Assembly: GCA_033648345.1 (NCBI GenBank)
Contig: GCA_033648345.1_4121.1
Origin: a phage
Strand: one strand, 5' to 3'
DNA: 64,000 nucleotides
Shown: positions 47,335-56,984 of the stretch, in pieces
Position numbering within the stretch: the first letter of the stretch is position 1
Layout: each line of letters begins with the position of its first letter
Made by a program: the position numbers and the translations under genes
The notes under the pieces: generated by a model
What the model saw: the letters and a program-made list of their open reading frames with translations, nothing else
The model's database searches: none
Told to the model about the DNA's origin: nothing

Positions 47335-47629
47335 GTACTATCAAAATTTATTCAATTACATAAAACAAATAGATGATCTTGCTTTCGATTTTCTTAGTAC
47401 TGAAAAAGTTCTTGAACCTCTCTATTATGATTGTATTAGTTCACTATGTTTAGATGAAAAAGAGATATTAGCAAACAACTTACCATCCACGGTCTGTACA
47501 ATCAATGGTTCCAAGGCATTAGTGTGCGAGGTTAATTTTCATAAATCACTTAATACAATTGTTTACAAGTTCGATAACACTGTGTTTAAACATGTAACAA
47601 GTAATATTAAATCTGTGAGGTTCTTATGA
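47327..47629 (+). CDS. Hypothetical protein
   Basis: Track ORF 47270..47629; in-frame ATG at 47327 (MNEYYQ) gives ATGAATGA overlap. Confidence 0.5.
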   Translation: MNEYYQNLFNYIKQIDDLAFDFLSTEKVLEPLYYDCISSLCLDEKEILANNLPSTVCTINGSKALVCEVNFHKSLNTIVYKFDNTVFKHVTSNIKSVRFL

Positions 47630-47922
47630 ATTTAAAACTTTTGTTAGAACAGGTACATTTATTGTATAGCTGTGCTGATGGTTCTGATAAGGAGTATAGT
47701 GAAGTTTATTTAGAACTGTTTAGAACGGAAATACACATAATTAGAAGATACTTAATTGATAATAAAACTGAAGTAAAAGTTAGATACCATAATGGTACTT
47801 TAAAGAATGGTATAATTATTGGATTGATAGTTACACGAATGTCTAGTAATATTAAAGTTGCAGTTAGATTAATGACTGATGATGGTGTCTACACCATAGA
47901 AGTAAGTGAGATTATATATTAA
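47626..47922 (+). CDS. Family D small protein
   Basis: 98 aa; KTEVKVRYHNG...VAVRL; ATGA overlap. Confidence 0.5.
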   Translation: MNLKLLLEQVHLLYSCADGSDKEYSEVYLELFRTEIHIIRRYLIDNKTEVKVRYHNGTLKNGIIIGLIVTRMSSNIKVAVRLMTDDGVYTIEVSEIIY

Positions 47923-48228
47923 ATGGATATACAAACATTCAATAAACTAAAGTACTATGACAATGGTTTTGCTATTATCATTGATGAACTAGATGGAATA
48001 CCATATGAGTATCATAATGATGTAATGAAGATAGTAAAAAGTATTTGTAATGATTTAAAAACTATTTTCGAAAATGAATATGTATACGACTTAGGTACAA
48101 ACAATAAGAAACTATACATAAAGAAATTCTGTGGAACGCATTGTGGTCTGATGGTTGATTTAGGTTTAAGTGCTGACAACAATTTCGAAGCATGTAGTTT
48201 ATATCTGGATGAAATGCGAATCTCATGA
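47923..48228 (+). CDS. Hypothetical protein
   Basis: 101 aa track ORF. Confidence 0.5.
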   Translation: MDIQTFNKLKYYDNGFAIIIDELDGIPYEYHNDVMKIVKSICNDLKTIFENEYVYDLGTNNKKLYIKKFCGTHCGLMVDLGLSADNNFEACSLYLDEMRIS

Positions 48229-48254
48229 GACATATCTTGATTCGGTGATATAAT
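48227..48254 (+). promoter_or_regulatory. Candidate promoter GAGACA-N16-TGaTATAAT
   Basis: Extended -10 GTGATATAAT about 20 nt upstream of RBS GGAGTAG and the GTG start at 48286. Confidence 0.45.
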
Positions 48255-48285
48255 TTCATTACAACACTGACATGGAGTAGTTGTT

Positions 48286-48615
48286 GTGAATAACGATTTT
48301 TTAAAAATGTGGGAAAAAACAATAGTAATTCTATCTAGTTCATTAATGCACATTTTCAGTACTGATAATTCTTATAGTTCACATACATTTGATTTAATAT
48401 GTAATAACTATGTAAATGGTATATCAGATGAAATATGTCCATTCATTGCGTATTCACCGGATGGTATTGAAGAATTTAATATATGCAACATCAGTTGTGG
48501 TTTTGGTGATTGGCTTGTGTTAAATGATCGAGGTGGAATCTGTTTATACATCGAAGATATTGGTAAATTTATATACAAAGGAGTAGAATATGTTAACAAT
48601 CGCAGCAGTTATTAG
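48286..48615 (+). CDS. Hypothetical protein
   Basis: 109 aa; GTG start with RBS GGAGTAG. Confidence 0.5.
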   Translation: MNNDFLKMWEKTIVILSSSLMHIFSTDNSYSSHTFDLICNNYVNGISDEICPFIAYSPDGIEEFNICNISCGFGDWLVLNDRGGICLYIEDIGKFIYKGVEYVNNRSSY

Positions 48616-49186
48616 TGTACTTGGTGTAGTTATTGCAGGTATGCTTGCATACAATTACAATCGTAGTGTTATCGGCTATGTACTACTTAGTCTAGTACTA
48701 ACCCCAGTACTCACCATCGTTACTTTATTAGTTCTAGGTGAACGTAATATCAACTTCATGATTAATGATAAACGTGATCAGGTTACACCAGAACCTGAAA
48801 AAGTTATTCCTGAAGAACAAGAAGAACTTAAAGTTGAAGTTCAAATGCAAGTGAATGTTCACAATGCACTTGATGAAACTGATCCAAAAGTTAATGTTAC
48901 TGTTGTTCCTGTCGTCAATGAAGTAAAGCCTAAAGCAGCACCGAAAAGTACTAAAGCACCAAAGAACACCAAAACTACAAAGAAAGCTCGCTATACTAAA
49001 GGGAAGAATAAAAACAAAGTCCAAGATGAACCACAACAAGGTACACACGACCATACTTCCCATATTATTACAGCAGCCACCACCGCAGCAATCGTAACGC
49101 CATATATCTCTTCTGCTGATACTGGTTCATATGATAGCTCTAGCTGTGATTCAAGCTCTAGTTCAAGTTCCGGTAGCTGTGATTAA
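48590..49186 (+). CDS. Membrane protein with Lys-rich linker and Ser/Cys-rich C-terminus
   Basis: 198 aa; two N-terminal hydrophobic helices, KPKAAPKSTKAPKNTKTTKK stretch, terminal SSSCDSSSSSSSGSCD. Confidence 0.55.
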   Translation: MLTIAAVISVLGVVIAGMLAYNYNRSVIGYVLLSLVLTPVLTIVTLLVLGERNINFMINDKRDQVTPEPEKVIPEEQEELKVEVQMQVNVHNALDETDPKVNVTVVPVVNEVKPKAAPKSTKAPKNTKTTKKARYTKGKNKNKVQDEPQQGTHDHTSHIITAATTAAIVTPYISSADTGSYDSSSCDSSSSSSSGSCD

Positions 49187-49188
49187 CA

Positions 49189-49521
49189 ATGAAACATCTT
49201 GCACAATATAATCAGTACTTGATCGCGTTGCATCAAATGAAAGATGATTTCTATAAAAGTGCAGAAACAGAACTCGTCGGTAAGATAGTAAAATTTACTG
49301 ACGAGTACATCAACCGATATGCGGAAATAGACGATGATCCAGAGTATGAATCATACTACCAGTACATAAATTCCAATACAAGAATGAGAATTATTGAAAT
49401 TATGAAATACGGTATACGTTTAATTGCACAAGTAGAATACATCAATCACGATGCAATTGATGCCGCTGCCTTTGGTGATGAAATAAGTTTAGAATATCTT
49501 ATTCAAATTGATGAGGAATAA
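49189..49521 (+). CDS. Family D small protein
   Basis: 110 aa; LVGKIVKFTDEY. Confidence 0.45.
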   Translation: MKHLAQYNQYLIALHQMKDDFYKSAETELVGKIVKFTDEYINRYAEIDDDPEYESYYQYINSNTRMRIIEIMKYGIRLIAQVEYINHDAIDAAAFGDEISLEYLIQIDEE

Positions 49522-49523
49522 TA

Positions 49524-49739
49524 ATGACTACCTTTTTTGCAATATATGGATTTGTTGCTTTTTGCTCATTTATATGTAACTTTCTAGTACTGAATTGGAA
49601 ATGTTTCAAAGATGAAATCATAACTGCAATGAGTCTACAATCAGCAGCACTGATGGCTATAATTTGGCCAGTAACTATGGTGTATCTTTTTATCTCAATA
49701 ACAAAAGATATTATATCCCACTTCAAGAGAAAGAAATAA
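49524..49739 (+). CDS. Small membrane protein
   Basis: 71 aa; two hydrophobic segments. Confidence 0.5.
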   Translation: MTTFFAIYGFVAFCSFICNFLVLNWKCFKDEIITAMSLQSAALMAIIWPVTMVYLFISITKDIISHFKRKK

Positions 49740-49993
49740 TGTTCAACACCGACTATTCACATTTGCGATATCTTATGTCTTTGGCTGATGATTTTATTAA
49801 TGATTTGAAGCCGAAGTATATTGGACAAGAAGTACGTTTGATAAACTCAAGGGGTTATGGGAAGTACATTATCGCTGATATGTATATTAGCGGTGGTGAA
49901 TGGCGTTTCAAAGTTAATACGTATCTTAAAGATGGTTCTTTTGCAGGTACACAAGTTACAAAACACACTAACATTATATGGTTGGAACAATAA
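49739..49993 (+). CDS. Family D small protein
   Basis: Track ORF 49664..49993; ATG at 49739 overlaps upstream stop (TAATG); YIGQEVRLINSRGYGKY...WRFKV. Confidence 0.5.
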   Translation: MFNTDYSHLRYLMSLADDFINDLKPKYIGQEVRLINSRGYGKYIIADMYISGGEWRFKVNTYLKDGSFAGTQVTKHTNIIWLEQ

Positions 49994-50736
49994 TGAAACA
50001 TTTTTTGGAAGTTACAGTACCGGATGATAAAGATTTATATATCGTTGGTGATTTACACGGTAATGGAAAACTGTGGGATGCTACCAAGAAAGAATTTGGC
50101 ATTACCAATAATGACTATGTTTTTTGTGTAGGTGATGTTATTGACCGTGGTGACCAGAATTCCAAACTACTGTTTGAATTCCTTTTCGGTGAAAACCGTT
50201 TTATGATTGCTGGGAACCACGAGATGATGTGTGTGGACTCCGAAACAATGAGGGATTGGTATCATTGCTGGCAAAGTAATGGTGGTGATAAATTTCTTGA
50301 TGAAGTTGGTGAGACAGGTATACAGTTCTTTCGTCAGTACTTAAAGGAACTCCCTATGATTATCCAAATCAATCACCGAGGATTGAAGATTGGACTAGTT
50401 CATGCTGGTGTTCCATTGGAATATACAACATGGGAACGTTTCGTTAGTGGGACAAAATCACTTAGTGCTGATATAATTGAGAAGTGCTTGTGGGAACGTG
50501 ATACATTCGACTACTGCAAGAAAAATAACACATATTACGTCCCTAGACTTGATGGTATCCATTGCGTCTTTAGTGGTCATACCGCAGTATCCGACCCACT
50601 CATTTATGGTAATCGTATCTGGATTGATAGTCAGTTCTTAACTGGTGATTTGACTCTTGCAACTCCCCAAAGTGGTGGGATGAGATACTTACGTAAAGAA
50701 AAAGATGAGTACTCATTTAACCGCTTCAAAAGGTAA
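49993..50736 (+). CDS. Ser/Thr protein phosphatase (lambda PPase-type metallophosphoesterase)
   Basis: Track ORF 49978..50736; ATG at 49993 overlaps upstream stop; motifs GDLHG, GDVIDRG, GNHE, GHT. Confidence 0.8.
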   Translation: MKHFLEVTVPDDKDLYIVGDLHGNGKLWDATKKEFGITNNDYVFCVGDVIDRGDQNSKLLFEFLFGENRFMIAGNHEMMCVDSETMRDWYHCWQSNGGDKFLDEVGETGIQFFRQYLKELPMIIQINHRGLKIGLVHAGVPLEYTTWERFVSGTKSLSADIIEKCLWERDTFDYCKKNNTYYVPRLDGIHCVFSGHTAVSDPLIYGNRIWIDSQFLTGDLTLATPQSGGMRYLRKEKDEYSFNRFKR

Positions 50737-50740
50737 TAAT

Positions 50741-51010
50741 ATGCATGATGTAGTTAAAAAATACTTAAATGATAGATATGTTGTGAAAAAATCTATTAAT
50801 TCTATCCTAAAAGACCATGCTAATCAAATACGTGAGATTCTATCAAAGAAACTTATTGGTTGCTCAGTTGAATTCAACTACAAAAAGAATGTGGTGAAGA
50901 GTGGAGTTATTAGTCGTGTAGTTGCTGTTTATGACCAAAATGTATATGTTGAAATTGAATATGATGGTAAATTATTACAATTAAGTACTGAAGATTTAAC
51001 ATTTTTATAA
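50741..51010 (+). CDS. Family D small protein
   Basis: Track ORF 50705..51010; in-frame ATG at 50741; LIGCSVEFNYKKN...VYVEIEY. Confidence 0.5.
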   Translation: MHDVVKKYLNDRYVVKKSINSILKDHANQIREILSKKLIGCSVEFNYKKNVVKSGVISRVVAVYDQNVYVEIEYDGKLLQLSTEDLTFL

Positions 51011-51020
51011 GGAAATAGAA

Positions 51021-51248
51021 ATGAAAGTAATTCAAGTTATGGTAGAAAAATACCAAACTGAAGATGGTCGTATTTTTGATTCAGCAAAACAAGCTGAACA
51101 CCATGAACGTATTATTTCTGGTACACGTAAAGTGTGCCCTACATGTAATGGTACACAACAAGTTCCATCTGAAGACTATCGCAGTTATTATGCTTGTCCA
51201 CATTGTGATGGTAAAGGGTTTGTAGAAAAACAAGAGGTATGGAAATGA
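51021..51248 (+). CDS. Small zinc-finger protein (DnaJ-type CxxCxGxG repeats)
   Basis: 75 aa; CPTCNGTQ and CPHCDGKG motifs. Confidence 0.55.
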   Translation: MKVIQVMVEKYQTEDGRIFDSAKQAEHHERIISGTRKVCPTCNGTQQVPSEDYRSYYACPHCDGKGFVEKQEVWK

Positions 51249-51658
51249 AATTATATTGCTTAACAAACATGTACTGCCAAGGTGTACAAGCTGGCATTCA
51301 AGCATTTCATGCTGGCATAAAACTAATTAAAGAATATGAAGGTACTGCTTTCAGTACTATTATTGATGAATGGTATTATGACCACGAAACTATTGTAGTA
51401 CTAAATGCTGGTGGTCATGATAAGTTAAATTCTTATTATGATGACCTTTGTAAGCAGGGAAAAGTGCCATTCGCTAAATTCAATGAAGCCGGATTAAATG
51501 ATGCAACTACATGTGTAGCAGTACTATGTACATCTGAAATGGTTGAAGACATGTCTGTTATGCGTATGAATCTTCCTGCTGGGGATCAACTAATGCAAGT
51601 AAAATATGGTGCATTGTTTAACACATTAAAAGCAATTAGCACAATGAGGACTGTTTGA
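51239..51658 (+). CDS. Hypothetical protein
   Basis: 139 aa track ORF; alternative ATG at 51245 gives ATGA overlap. Confidence 0.5.
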   Translation: MEMKLYCLTNMYCQGVQAGIQAFHAGIKLIKEYEGTAFSTIIDEWYYDHETIVVLNAGGHDKLNSYYDDLCKQGKVPFAKFNEAGLNDATTCVAVLCTSEMVEDMSVMRMNLPAGDQLMQVKYGALFNTLKAISTMRTV

Positions 51659-52857
51659 TGGATTTTCCAGAGAAGTTATTTGTGGCTCGTTCATATGTAA
51701 ATCATAACCAAGTTACTGGTTACATTATAGATGCCACAAAATCACACACAAAAGCGTTTGAGACTAAAAAAGAAAAGGCCGAGTACTGGGCTAAGAAAAA
51801 CAATCTACCTTCACTATGGATTGATAATGTGCCTACAATTGGGTTTTCTGTGGTACATAAGCTCACTGTTCATGCTCGCGAAACATACTTCACCATACGT
51901 CACCCTGAAGGTTTCGAGTTCTTGGTGAGTGCTAAAAACATGAACGACCTTATCATCAACAATGATATTGTTAAGGGTGTATTTGTTGAACCTATGTTCT
52001 TTAATAATAGTTTAGAACTAATTAACGGTAAAACTAAAACCTTTGCTAAATTGGTTGAGAAGGAGAATAAGAAAGAACATCAAAAAGAAGTTGTTTCTAA
52101 ATTGAAAGTGGGTGATGGTTTTAGACACAATAAGGAAGATTACTATTATTGTGGTAAAGTAAATGCTATTTGTATCAAGAAAACTAAAGAGTTTTCATTT
52201 TCTGATAAGAGTTCCAAGTATCACTTAGTATATAATACTACTCGTGGGACATATGCTCTTAATGCTCGTCTTGAAACTTATGCGTTAGAACCAAGTGCTG
52301 CACTGAATGTAAAAACTACAGTTCAAGATGAAATTGTTAAAGCTAATGCATTTTGGCAAAATATCCAACGAAATCGCAGTAACCCATTATGTGAAAGCAA
52401 TATTCCAGTACTGATAAGTGATAAGTCGTTTAAAGCACAAGATTTGAAAGTAAAGTACGAAGAAATCAATCCTGATGATATAATGAGTAATGGACGATTC
52501 AACGAGAACGTACCGTTCATGACTAAAGTTGGTGACCAAGCATATCGTGTTTTCTTTGGTGTAAAGAACAATACAACCAGAAGTTATTATGGTCGTAATG
52601 GTGATTATATTCTTCAATACACTGATACATTTGAACGATACAGTGCATATCCAGTTGAAATTGATGCTAATGGAATTATGACAATGGATGTGGATTTAAA
52701 CGAACATGTATCATTTGGTACATGGAATGGATACCGTTCTCCTTTCTTCCCACCAACTGAAAATAAAACAGCATCAACTCGTTACTACCAAGAAAAACCT
52801 TGTCACGTCCAGCTATCACTAAGTAATAAACTTTACATTGGAAAGTATTATCTATAA
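51655..52857 (+). CDS. Hypothetical protein (400 aa)
   Basis: Long track ORF with ATGA overlap; no recognisable motif. Confidence 0.6.
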   Translation: MMDFPEKLFVARSYVNHNQVTGYIIDATKSHTKAFETKKEKAEYWAKKNNLPSLWIDNVPTIGFSVVHKLTVHARETYFTIRHPEGFEFLVSAKNMNDLIINNDIVKGVFVEPMFFNNSLELINGKTKTFAKLVEKENKKEHQKEVVSKLKVGDGFRHNKEDYYYCGKVNAICIKKTKEFSFSDKSSKYHLVYNTTRGTYALNARLETYALEPSAALNVKTTVQDEIVKANAFWQNIQRNRSNPLCESNIPVLISDKSFKAQDLKVKYEEINPDDIMSNGRFNENVPFMTKVGDQAYRVFFGVKNNTTRSYYGRNGDYILQYTDTFERYSAYPVEIDANGIMTMDVDLNEHVSFGTWNGYRSPFFPPTENKTASTRYYQEKPCHVQLSLSNKLYIGKYYL

Positions 52858-52868
52858 GGGAATATACA

Positions 52869-54287
52869 ATGAGCATTTTAGCAATTCTTGAAAGCATTAA
52901 AAATACTAGCAGTACTCTGGGTAAAAAAGCTATCCTTGAACAAAACAAAGATAATCAAACATTACAAAAAGTACTGAAATATACACTAGACCCTTCAATT
53001 GTAAGTGGATATAAAAAGCTACCACAAGCTGATGATCTATACCAACATATGACATTAGACGAAGCAATTGATAAGCTAGAATGCATTTACAAACGTGGTG
53101 TGACCGGAAATGCTGGGCGTGACTTCATTTCTTCAGTACTGGGTTCTGTATCAGAAGATGACCAGGAAGTTCTTCGTAAAATGCTCACGAAGAACCTTGA
53201 TTGTGGTATCCAAGAAAAGAACTGTAATGATGTGTTCGGGAAAGGTTTCATCAAAGACGAACCATACATGCGTTGTTCTTTGATTGACAAAAAGACTGCA
53301 AAGAACATTAACTTCAAAGATTATGGTTATGCTATATCAGAAGTGAAGATGGATGGTCAGTACTTGAACCACGTTGTCATTAATGGTTCATTAACTTCTA
53401 CATCCCGTAATGGCAAACTATACGACTTCCTGGGTTGTCGTGATGGTGAAATGGCAGGTCTTGCTCACATCATCCAAAGTAAAGATGAACGTTTTAGTAG
53501 TGGTGTAGTCTTTATGGGTGAAGGTGTAGTACTGGACAATGATGGAGAAACCATTCTCCCACGCACTACTGGTAACGGTATCATTCAGAAAGCTGGTAAA
53601 GATAGCATCAGTCAAAATGAAGCAATGCGTACTGTATTCGTTCTATGGGATGTTGTTCCATATGATGCATTTTGTGAAGGTGTATGGAATGTAAAACGTA
53701 AAGAACGCCGCGAGATCTTAGTAGATGCAATTAACGAACTCGGTAGTGATTTTGTTCGTATGGTTGGATTCCGTAAAGTTCTAAACATCAAAGAAGCATT
53801 TGAGTACAATAGTGAACTAATGAACGAAGGTGAAGAGGGTTCAGTACTGAAATGTGAAGATGGTATCTGGAAATCTCACACTTCTCCTAAGCAATTGAAA
53901 ATGAAACTTAAAATGCAATTGGACTTGCGTATTGTTGGTTTCAATGAAGGTGAAGGTAAGCGTAAAGGTAGCCTTGGTTCTTTACAACTGGAAAGTGCTT
54001 GTGGTACATTGAAAGTTAATGTAGGTACTGGAATTAAAGAGAAAGACGCAGAATGGACGTTTAAAACCATTTGGGAAAGAATGCAAGAACTCATTGGTCA
54101 AGTAGTGACAGTAGAGTGCAATGATATTGTATTCGATAAGCGTACTGGTGAGCCATCACTATTTTTACCAGTGTTTATTGAATTTAGATTTGACAAAAAC
54201 ACCTGTGACGACTATACTCGTATCTTAGAAATTCGTGATAGTGCTGTTGAGGTGTTCTCTAATAGTATTCTTGAATCACTCGGTTAA
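52869..54287 (+). CDS. ATP-dependent DNA ligase
   Basis: 472 aa; RBS AAGGGAAT; KxDG adenylation motif EVKMDGQY and downstream nucleotidyltransferase/OB-fold pattern in a T4-ligase-sized protein. Confidence 0.8.
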   Translation: MSILAILESIKNTSSTLGKKAILEQNKDNQTLQKVLKYTLDPSIVSGYKKLPQADDLYQHMTLDEAIDKLECIYKRGVTGNAGRDFISSVLGSVSEDDQEVLRKMLTKNLDCGIQEKNCNDVFGKGFIKDEPYMRCSLIDKKTAKNINFKDYGYAISEVKMDGQYLNHVVINGSLTSTSRNGKLYDFLGCRDGEMAGLAHIIQSKDERFSSGVVFMGEGVVLDNDGETILPRTTGNGIIQKAGKDSISQNEAMRTVFVLWDVVPYDAFCEGVWNVKRKERREILVDAINELGSDFVRMVGFRKVLNIKEAFEYNSELMNEGEEGSVLKCEDGIWKSHTSPKQLKMKLKMQLDLRIVGFNEGEGKRKGSLGSLQLESACGTLKVNVGTGIKEKDAEWTFKTIWERMQELIGQVVTVECNDIVFDKRTGEPSLFLPVFIEFRFDKNTCDDYTRILEIRDSAVEVFSNSILESLG

Positions 54288-54306
54288 TCATTTATAGGAG
54301 GTAATT

Positions 54307-55098
54307 ATGAAATTTGTTGTAACGTCAGACGTACACGGTGGCACTGATTACCTCCATAGTGGTGATTACAGTGATACAGTACTGATTATTGCAGGGGACT
54401 TTGATGAAGTTAAACGCAGTCGTTATCGTACTGGTATCGAATCCCTGTGCAAGCAGTTCAAGAATGTAGTACTGGTTCCTGGTAATCATGAGTACTACGG
54501 TTCAAACATTCACAAGACTAATAAAGTACTGTCCGATATGCAAGATGAGATTCCAAATTTCATCTTTTTGCAAAACAAATTTGTATGGCTGGATGGTGTA
54601 CTGCTGGTTGGTAGTACACTGTGGACTGACTTTGATAAAGGCAACGCACTGGTTAAGTTTGATGCTCAACAAAAGATGAATGATTATAAACACATTCGTC
54701 ATGGAACAACATCAGAACCGTGGAAACGTAAGCTCAAACCTGATGATGTTGAGTTCATGCATCATCAGGATAAACAATTTATCAAAAATTCAGTTAACAC
54801 AGTTCGTCTAATGAATGATAATGATTTCAAGGTTGTGGTGGTAACACATCATGCACCAAGTTATCAGAGTGTATCTCCGAGATACAAGAATGACTCACTG
54901 AATGGATGTTATTGTTCTGATATGGACCAGTACATCGAAGATTTGGGTGCTGATGTTTGGATTCATGGTCACGTTCATAGTAGCTTTGACTACAACATTG
55001 GGAAAACTCGTATCATTTGTAATCCAAGAGGTTATGAATCTTACAGTGGTGCATGTGAGAACTTCGATTACGATCCTAAATTTGTATTTGAAATCTAA
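54307..55098 (+). CDS. Calcineurin-like metallophosphoesterase
   Basis: 263 aa; RBS AGGAGG; motifs SDVHGG, AGDFDE, PGNHEYYG, THHAP, GHVH. Confidence 0.7.
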   Translation: MKFVVTSDVHGGTDYLHSGDYSDTVLIIAGDFDEVKRSRYRTGIESLCKQFKNVVLVPGNHEYYGSNIHKTNKVLSDMQDEIPNFIFLQNKFVWLDGVLLVGSTLWTDFDKGNALVKFDAQQKMNDYKHIRHGTTSEPWKRKLKPDDVEFMHHQDKQFIKNSVNTVRLMNDNDFKVVVVTHHAPSYQSVSPRYKNDSLNGCYCSDMDQYIEDLGADVWIHGHVHSSFDYNIGKTRIICNPRGYESYSGACENFDYDPKFVFEI

Positions 55099-55107
55099 GG
55101 TAATGTT

Positions 55108-55503
55108 ATGATACATACACTTCACATTGATGACAAAATGCTTGTTATATTGGGTAGCTGTCATTTGTATCGACGATGGGGTATGCGTATACTATACTCT
55201 TGTGATAAAACCCAATACTACAATCCTGATGGTACTGGCACTGTGATGAAAGATAGGTATAACTTCACCAGTGATGTAAGACAAGCAGACGATTTAGATT
55301 CATTTGTGGGAAAGGTGTATGTTCTTGTACATGATGATAGTCGTGGTGATGTGTTACCATTCAGTACTTTATCAATTAATACGTTCTTTAAATACGAACA
55401 ATTTTCAAATTCACTAAGAATGATTGAGATTGATTTTGATGACATCCCAGTTGGTATACGATATGAATTTCTTCATGCTCTTGCGTCAATAGGGGTGTAC
55501 TGA
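55108..55503 (+). CDS. Hypothetical protein
   Basis: 131 aa track ORF. Confidence 0.5.
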   Translation: MIHTLHIDDKMLVILGSCHLYRRWGMRILYSCDKTQYYNPDGTGTVMKDRYNFTSDVRQADDLDSFVGKVYVLVHDDSRGDVLPFSTLSINTFFKYEQFSNSLRMIEIDFDDIPVGIRYEFLHALASIGVY

Positions 55504-55886
55504 TGGAAAATATCGTTGTGTATGTAATTGAGTACAATGATAAAATAAAGTACGTAATTAATGGTTATAAACATTACTCCAGTGCAGCCAGAAAGCTGGA
55601 AATATATTCAAAAGAAGCAAGAAACTACTGCTTAGATGATGATTCAGTTGAGGTTTGGATTGATGGAAATGCAGAGTACTTTGATGCTAACTTCTATGAA
55701 GATCTTGACAAATCAAATGAATTATACATTTATGTAGAAAATGAACGTTATTACACAAATTCTTTGTTTGACATTACCGACTCTACGGTGTATGATAATG
55801 CTATGGTTAAGTTGTTAAAGATTGACCACGATATGTTTAATAAACATACAATTTGCGGTTTACTCGATTTTTTAAGAAACTTGTAG
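55503..55886 (+). CDS. Hypothetical protein
   Basis: 127 aa track ORF, ATGA-type overlap. Confidence 0.5.
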   Translation: MENIVVYVIEYNDKIKYVINGYKHYSSAARKLEIYSKEARNYCLDDDSVEVWIDGNAEYFDANFYEDLDKSNELYIYVENERYYTNSLFDITDSTVYDNAMVKLLKIDHDMFNKHTICGLLDFLRNL

Positions 55887-55911
55887 ACAAATACGAACAC
55901 TGTGATATAAT
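55884..55911 (+). promoter_or_regulatory. Promoter TAGACA-N16-TGaTATAAT (extended -10)
   Basis: Same architecture as the element at 59410; 35 nt upstream of clpP RBS GAGGAAAA. Confidence 0.55.
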
Positions 55912-55945
55912 ACTCACATCAATGAAACAATAGAGGAAAATAACA

Positions 55946-56641
55946 ATGGTTGAACAATTCAATTTTGGTGGTTATGCTGGTGGTGAAGTTCGCAACATTT
56001 CTATTCCTTATGTAGTTGAAAAAGTTAATGGTGCAGAACGTACTTATGACCTAGCATCTCGTATGATGCAAGACCGTATCATTTTCCTTGATACTGACTT
56101 CAATGACCAAATGGCACATATCATCAAGCAACAATTGGTGTGGTTGGATTCTCAGGGTTCGGAACCAATTACCTTCTACATTAGTTCTCCTGGTGGTTCA
56201 GTACACGCAGGTTTGGGTATCGCTGACATTGCTAAGTCTTGTGTATCTCCTATCCGTACAGTAGTAATGGGTTATGCAGCATCAATGGGTTGTTATACTC
56301 AATCAGTAGTTGGTACTAAAGGTTTCCGTCTTGGCGGGAAGCGTTCTTACTTCATGTGTCACCAAGTAAGTTCCGGTACTCAGGGTTTGATTACTGATCA
56401 GAAGATTTCTTTGAAACACTCTGATGCATTGAACACACTATTGACGAAAGAAATTGCTGAAGCAGTTGGTGTATCACACGAACAACTACTGAAAGATGCG
56501 GATCGTGACCTGTGGTTGAACGCTGAAGAAGCACTCGAATACGGTGAACATGGTTTCATTGATGGTATCATCCTCGGACCACGCAACGAAGAAGGTAAGT
56601 ATCTCGTCAAACGTCGCGGTGGCGTTGAAGAGTGGGTCTAA
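55946..56641 (+). CDS. clpP: ATP-dependent Clp protease proteolytic subunit (ClpP)
   Basis: 231 aa; collinear with E. coli ClpP from memory: RIIFL, ISSPGGSV, catalytic-Ser context GYAASMG, His context MCHQ, EALEYG. Confidence 0.8.
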   Translation: MVEQFNFGGYAGGEVRNISIPYVVEKVNGAERTYDLASRMMQDRIIFLDTDFNDQMAHIIKQQLVWLDSQGSEPITFYISSPGGSVHAGLGIADIAKSCVSPIRTVVMGYAASMGCYTQSVVGTKGFRLGGKRSYFMCHQVSSGTQGLITDQKISLKHSDALNTLLTKEIAEAVGVSHEQLLKDADRDLWLNAEEALEYGEHGFIDGIILGPRNEEGKYLVKRRGGVEEWV

Positions 56642-56653
56642 TTTGAATTTCAT

Positions 56654-56983
56654 TTGATGCCTCATTTGGGGCATCTTATTTCTGGAGATTTTATGAAAGT
56701 TCTTGTACGTAATAATACTGAAGTCAATGATGTGTTAGATGATTCAGAGTTTATTAATACCGCATTAGATCAGATTAGTGCAGTGGCTATTGAATTGAAA
56801 GGTGTTGACGAGGCAGAACGAGTACTCAATGGTTTTTCTATTGTTCTCGAATTAATGCAAGAAGTTCTTATTAAAAAGAACATTAATCCAATTAACGCAG
56901 TTCAACACGCAGAAGCTATGCGTCAAGAACATGGCACATTCTCAGATAAAAAATTCATCAGTACTGACGAGGGGAAAGAATAA
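56654..56983 (+). CDS. Hypothetical protein
   Basis: 109 aa track ORF immediately after clpP. Confidence 0.5.
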   Translation: MMPHLGHLISGDFMKVLVRNNTEVNDVLDDSEFINTALDQISAVAIELKGVDEAERVLNGFSIVLELMQEVLIKKNINPINAVQHAEAMRQEHGTFSDKKFISTDEGKE

Positions 56984-56984
56984 T

